Positions 21,375-24,000 of a stretch of 24,000 bases of DNA are shown in pieces. Origin of the DNA: Candidatus Polarisedimenticolaceae bacterium. Its GTDB lineage: Bacteria; Acidobacteriota; Polarisedimenticolia; Polarisedimenticolales; DASUFT01. Below the pieces are notes generated by a model. It was not told where the DNA came from, ran no database searches, and saw nothing but the letters and a program-made list of their open reading frames with translations. How positions within the stretch are numbered: the stretch's first letter is position 1; every line of letters starts with the position of its first letter. The position numbers were made by a program, and so were the translations under genes. The stretch is taken from positions 1 to 24,000 of the forward strand of contig DASUFT010000099.1 in the NCBI GenBank assembly GCA_036274395.1, read 5' to 3'.

Positions 21375-22108
21375 TCCTGGCCCTGCTCCTCCTGGCCGCG
21401 GATCCGGCCACGCCGGACGTGGGATGGGAGCGGCTGAAGCAGGACGTGCACCTCCTGGCGACGAAGCCGTTCCAGCTGGACCGGGCAGGGAAGCGCCAGG
21501 CCCTCTTCGTCGCCGGAGCCACGCTCGGCCTCTACGGCCTGCGGCACGAGATCCGCCGCGAGGTCCAGGAGGGCCGCAGCGAGGACCGCTCCGATCTCCT
21601 GCAGCACGCGCGCTGGATGAGCCGGGGCGCGGCCGCCCCGGTGCTGGCGCTGGGCGCCTGGGGGGCCTCGTTCGTCACCCACGACCCGCGGGAGAAGGAG
21701 ACGGCACAGCTCCTCCTGACCTCCGCGGGGATGTCCGCGGCGATCGCAGGAATGGGGAGCTTCGTCCTCGCCAGCGAGCGGCCGGAGGACGGCGATGCCG
21801 TCCACCTCTTCCGGACCAGCGGCCACGGCGTCTCCCTGGACGCCTCGCTCGCCGCCTCCATCGTCCCTCCGCTGCGGTGCCAGTACCTGCGCGTGCGCCC
21901 GGGCGACGGGAGGCCGGCTCGCTGGCTCAAGCGCGGCACGCTTGCGCTCCTCTACGCCGGGGCCGGCCTCACCGCGCTCCAGCGCATCGACGACGACAAG
22001 CACTGGGCACCGGACGTGTTCCTGGGCCTGGTGAACGGCTTCACGGTGGGGGAGATGCTCTGTCACGCCCGGGAAGGACGGCCTCCAGCGCCGTCGCCGT
22101 CAGGATGA
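21371..22108 (+). CDS. PAP2-superfamily (type 2 phosphatidic acid phosphatase-like) membrane phosphatase
   Basis: The GTG start at 21371 overlaps the sulfatase-fold gene stop as GTGA. TM segments are present, with PAP2 motifs SGH (FRTSGHGVS) and R(x5)H(x3)D (LQRIDDDKHWAPDV). The first KxxxxxxRP motif is degenerate (LASERPED). Confidence 0.7.
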   Translation: MILALLLLAADPATPDVGWERLKQDVHLLATKPFQLDRAGKRQALFVAGATLGLYGLRHEIRREVQEGRSEDRSDLLQHARWMSRGAAAPVLALGAWGASFVTHDPREKETAQLLLTSAGMSAAIAGMGSFVLASERPEDGDAVHLFRTSGHGVSLDASLAASIVPPLRCQYLRVRPGDGRPARWLKRGTLALLYAGAGLTALQRIDDDKHWAPDVFLGLVNGFTVGEMLCHAREGRPPAPSPSG

Positions 22109-22922
22109 CCGCCCCCCCCGCCAGCGTGAGCGGCCCCGGCCGCTCCCCGTGCACGATCCAGGCGAACACAGGGTTCAGCACCGGCTCCACCAACAGGAGG
22201 AGCGACGCCTCGAGCGCCCCCACCCGCCGCAGCCCCACCCCCACGAAGGCGTAGGCCAGCCCGATCTGGAACAGGCCGAGGTAGCCGACGAGCAGCGCAT
22301 CCTTCGGCGTCCAGGACACCGGCAGCGCCATGGGCAGGGTGACCAGGCAGGCCAGGACGTTCCCCGCCACCATCGCCGCCGCCGCAGGCGAGGGAGCGTG
22401 CGGCGCGGCATCGCGGCTCAAGCGCCGCAGGCCCAGCATGGTGAAGGCCCAGCACACGCCGCTGGTGAGGGCGAGGAAGTTCCCGGTCACGGGGTCGGGG
22501 GCGGTGGCCGAGCGGGTCTCCCTGCCCGCGATCACCAGCGCGAGCCCGGTGGCCATGGCCGCGAGCAGCGCCAGGTCCCGCCGGCGGATGGGCTCGCGCA
22601 GGAGCCAGGGCCCCAGCAGCAGCAGGTACAGAGGCGCCGTGGACTGCAGGAAGATCGTGTTGGCGGCGGTGGTCAGCTTGTTGCCGAGGACGAACAGGAC
22701 CATCGTCGCCGCGTAGGCGGCCCCCACGGCCACCGTCCCCGAGGTCCAGCGCCGGCGCGCCCCAGGGAGGAAGGCCGCGAGCGCCACCGCGGCCACCGCG
22801 GAGCGGAAGCTCGCCACCTGCCAGCCCGTGAGCGTGGTGGCCTTGATGGCGGCTCCGCCCGTGGAGAAGAGCGCCGCCGCGGCGATCAACGCCAGGCGGG
22901 CGGAGGCCTGCGTGCGCGCCAT
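22041..22922 (-). CDS. EamA/DMT-superfamily transporter
   Basis: 293 aa with about 10 TM segments arranged as two EamA-like halves (ALFSTGGAAIKATT..., LALTSGVCWAFTMLGLRRL...). Confidence 0.85.
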   Translation of the reverse strand: MARTQASARLALIAAAALFSTGGAAIKATTLTGWQVASFRSAVAAVALAAFLPGARRRWTSGTVAVGAAYAATMVLFVLGNKLTTAANTIFLQSTAPLYLLLLGPWLLREPIRRRDLALLAAMATGLALVIAGRETRSATAPDPVTGNFLALTSGVCWAFTMLGLRRLSRDAAPHAPSPAAAAMVAGNVLACLVTLPMALPVSWTPKDALLVGYLGLFQIGLAYAFVGVGLRRVGALEASLLLLVEPVLNPVFAWIVHGERPGPLTLAGGAVILTATALEAVLPGRDRASPPP

Positions 22923-22957
22923 GGCGCGGGAGAATAGCTTGGGCTAGGGTCGCCCGC

Positions 22958-23686
22958 ATGCGCTGGGTGGTGGGGGACGTGCACGGCTGCGCGCGCGAGC
23001 TGGACGATCTCCTGCGCGCGACCCGCTTCGATGCCGCGCGCGACACGCTGTGGACCATCGGGGATCTCGTGAACACCGGGCCCGACAGCGTGGCCGTGCT
23101 CCGCCTCTGGCGGGACCTGGGCGGGCGGGGCGTGATCGGCAACCACGACGTCTACGCGCTCCTCTCCACCTCCGGACGCTGGCCGGTGAAGGAGGACCAG
23201 CTGAAGGCCCTGCGCAAGGATCCCGAGCGGGACGCGCTGCTGGAGCCTCTGCGCAGGCTGCCGCTGCTGCAGCATTTCCCGGCCCAGGGAAGCGGCGGGG
23301 AGGCCTGGCTGGTCCACGCCGGCCTGCACCCGGACTGGACGGACCTCCAGAAGGTCGCCCTGCGCACGGCGGGACCGCCGTTCGACGACGACCGCCTGGA
23401 GAGCGCGGACCTGCACTTCGGGACCCGGGTGCGCTGCTGCGCGCTGGACGGCGAGCGCGTGCGCTTCACCGGCCTTCCGGAGCAATGCCCGCCGGGAACC
23501 CGGCCATGGGACGCCTTCTATCGAGGGAGCGCCCTGATCGTGCACGGCCACTGGGGGAAGCGCGGCGCCTACCGGACCGAGCGGGTGCTCGGCCTCGACT
23601 CGGGTTGCGTCTACGGCGGCCGCCTCACCGCCTGGTGCGCGGAGGAGGATCGCACGGTCTCGGTTCCCAGCCGGGGGCGGACATGA
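22958..23686 (+). CDS. apaH: Symmetrical bis(5'-nucleosyl)-tetraphosphatase (ApaH-type metallophosphoesterase)
   Basis: The motifs GDVHGC, DTLWTIGDLVNTGPDS, GNHD, LVHAGL, VHGHW and LDSGCVYGGRLT are colinear with E. coli ApaH motifs as I recall them. Confidence 0.8.
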   Translation: MRWVVGDVHGCARELDDLLRATRFDAARDTLWTIGDLVNTGPDSVAVLRLWRDLGGRGVIGNHDVYALLSTSGRWPVKEDQLKALRKDPERDALLEPLRRLPLLQHFPAQGSGGEAWLVHAGLHPDWTDLQKVALRTAGPPFDDDRLESADLHFGTRVRCCALDGERVRFTGLPEQCPPGTRPWDAFYRGSALIVHGHWGKRGAYRTERVLGLDSGCVYGGRLTAWCAEEDRTVSVPSRGRT

Positions 23687-24000
23687 TCGAGGCCGTGATC
23701 TTCGACGTGGACGGCGTGCTCGTGGACTCCTACGCCGCGCACTTCGAGAGCTGGAAGCGCCTGGGCCGGGAGACGGGCGTCACCCTCACCGAGGAGCAGT
23801 TCGCCGAGAGCTTCGGCCGGCGAAGCCGGGAGGTGATCCGGCAGCACTGGGCAAGCAAGAAGGTGTCGGACACTTCCATTTCCATTTCAGCCGGTGGAAA
23901 CGGGAGCAAGGGCACGCGGTCCATCACCGAAGCGGAGGTGGCGCGGCTCGATCGCCGGAAGGAAAAGCTCTTCCGCGAGATCCTGGAGAAGGACTTCCCG
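23683..24000 (+). CDS. HAD-superfamily hydrolase (beta-phosphoglucomutase-like subfamily), 5' part, continues off the right edge
   Basis: This gene is not in the supplied track. ATG at 23683 overlaps the apaH stop as ATGA. MIEAVIFDVDGVLVDS is HAD motif I (DxDGVLxDS). The frame stays open to the window end. Confidence 0.8.
   Translation, partial: MIEAVIFDVDGVLVDSYAAHFESWKRLGRETGVTLTEEQFAESFGRRSREVIRQHWASKKVSDTSISISAGGNGSKGTRSITEAEVARLDRRKEKLFREILEKDFP

Noticed and set aside
1-24000. Search for CRISPR arrays, tRNA/rRNA genes, IS elements or transposases, integrases, and REP-like intergenic repeats.
   Set aside because: None was seen. Intergenic spacers are all about 105 nt or shorter and show no repeat-spacer periodicity. 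No ORF has transposase or recombinase motifs.

Overview
This is a gene-dense, high-GC bacterial chromosomal window. My own spot counts of 60-nt lines give about 70-80% GC in most genes. The flavour is Myxococcota-like, but that is inference only. I support 26 protein-coding genes, two of them partial at the window edges. I found no rRNA, tRNA, CRISPR array, transposase or integrase. Many long ORFs in the supplied track are Arg/Gly/Pro-rich shadow frames of real genes and were discarded. Left to right: a DCC-family thiol oxidoreductase; a large PD40-propeller/amidohydrolase protein; a lipoprotein; and a minus-strand operon (about 9969 to 4597) with ATGA/GTGA-type coupled junctions. That operon holds two small unknown ORFs (one below the ORF-track cutoff), an ATP-grasp ligase, a GCS2/YbdK carboxylate-amine ligase, an M29 aminopeptidase, a 404-aa protein I read as circularly permuted ATP-grasp-like, and a CxxCH haem-binding protein. 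Next come an esterase, an SDR, and a polytopic GT-C-like membrane protein. A lower-GC accessory patch (about 62% by spot count) follows, carrying mazEF, a small secreted helical protein and a secreted dual-HKD phospholipase-D-superfamily protein. That PLD protein has a Gly14-Thr-Pro7 tract (a G-quadruplex motif at DNA level) and three tandem ~120-aa repeats of unrecognised type. After it lies a RES-domain toxin with no Xre antitoxin gene, sitting 2 nt upstream of a quinone oxidoreductase. Then comes a small 4-TM ORF that a -1 shift at a C4 run would fuse to a Thr-nucleophile sulfatase-fold/TPR protein, which is coupled to a PAP2 phosphatase. The window ends with an EamA transporter, apaH and a HAD hydrolase with an atypical in-frame insert. 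Top candidates for an undescribed system are the multi-amidoligase/aminopeptidase operon, the secreted PLD-repeat protein module, and the antitoxin-less RES-qor pair.
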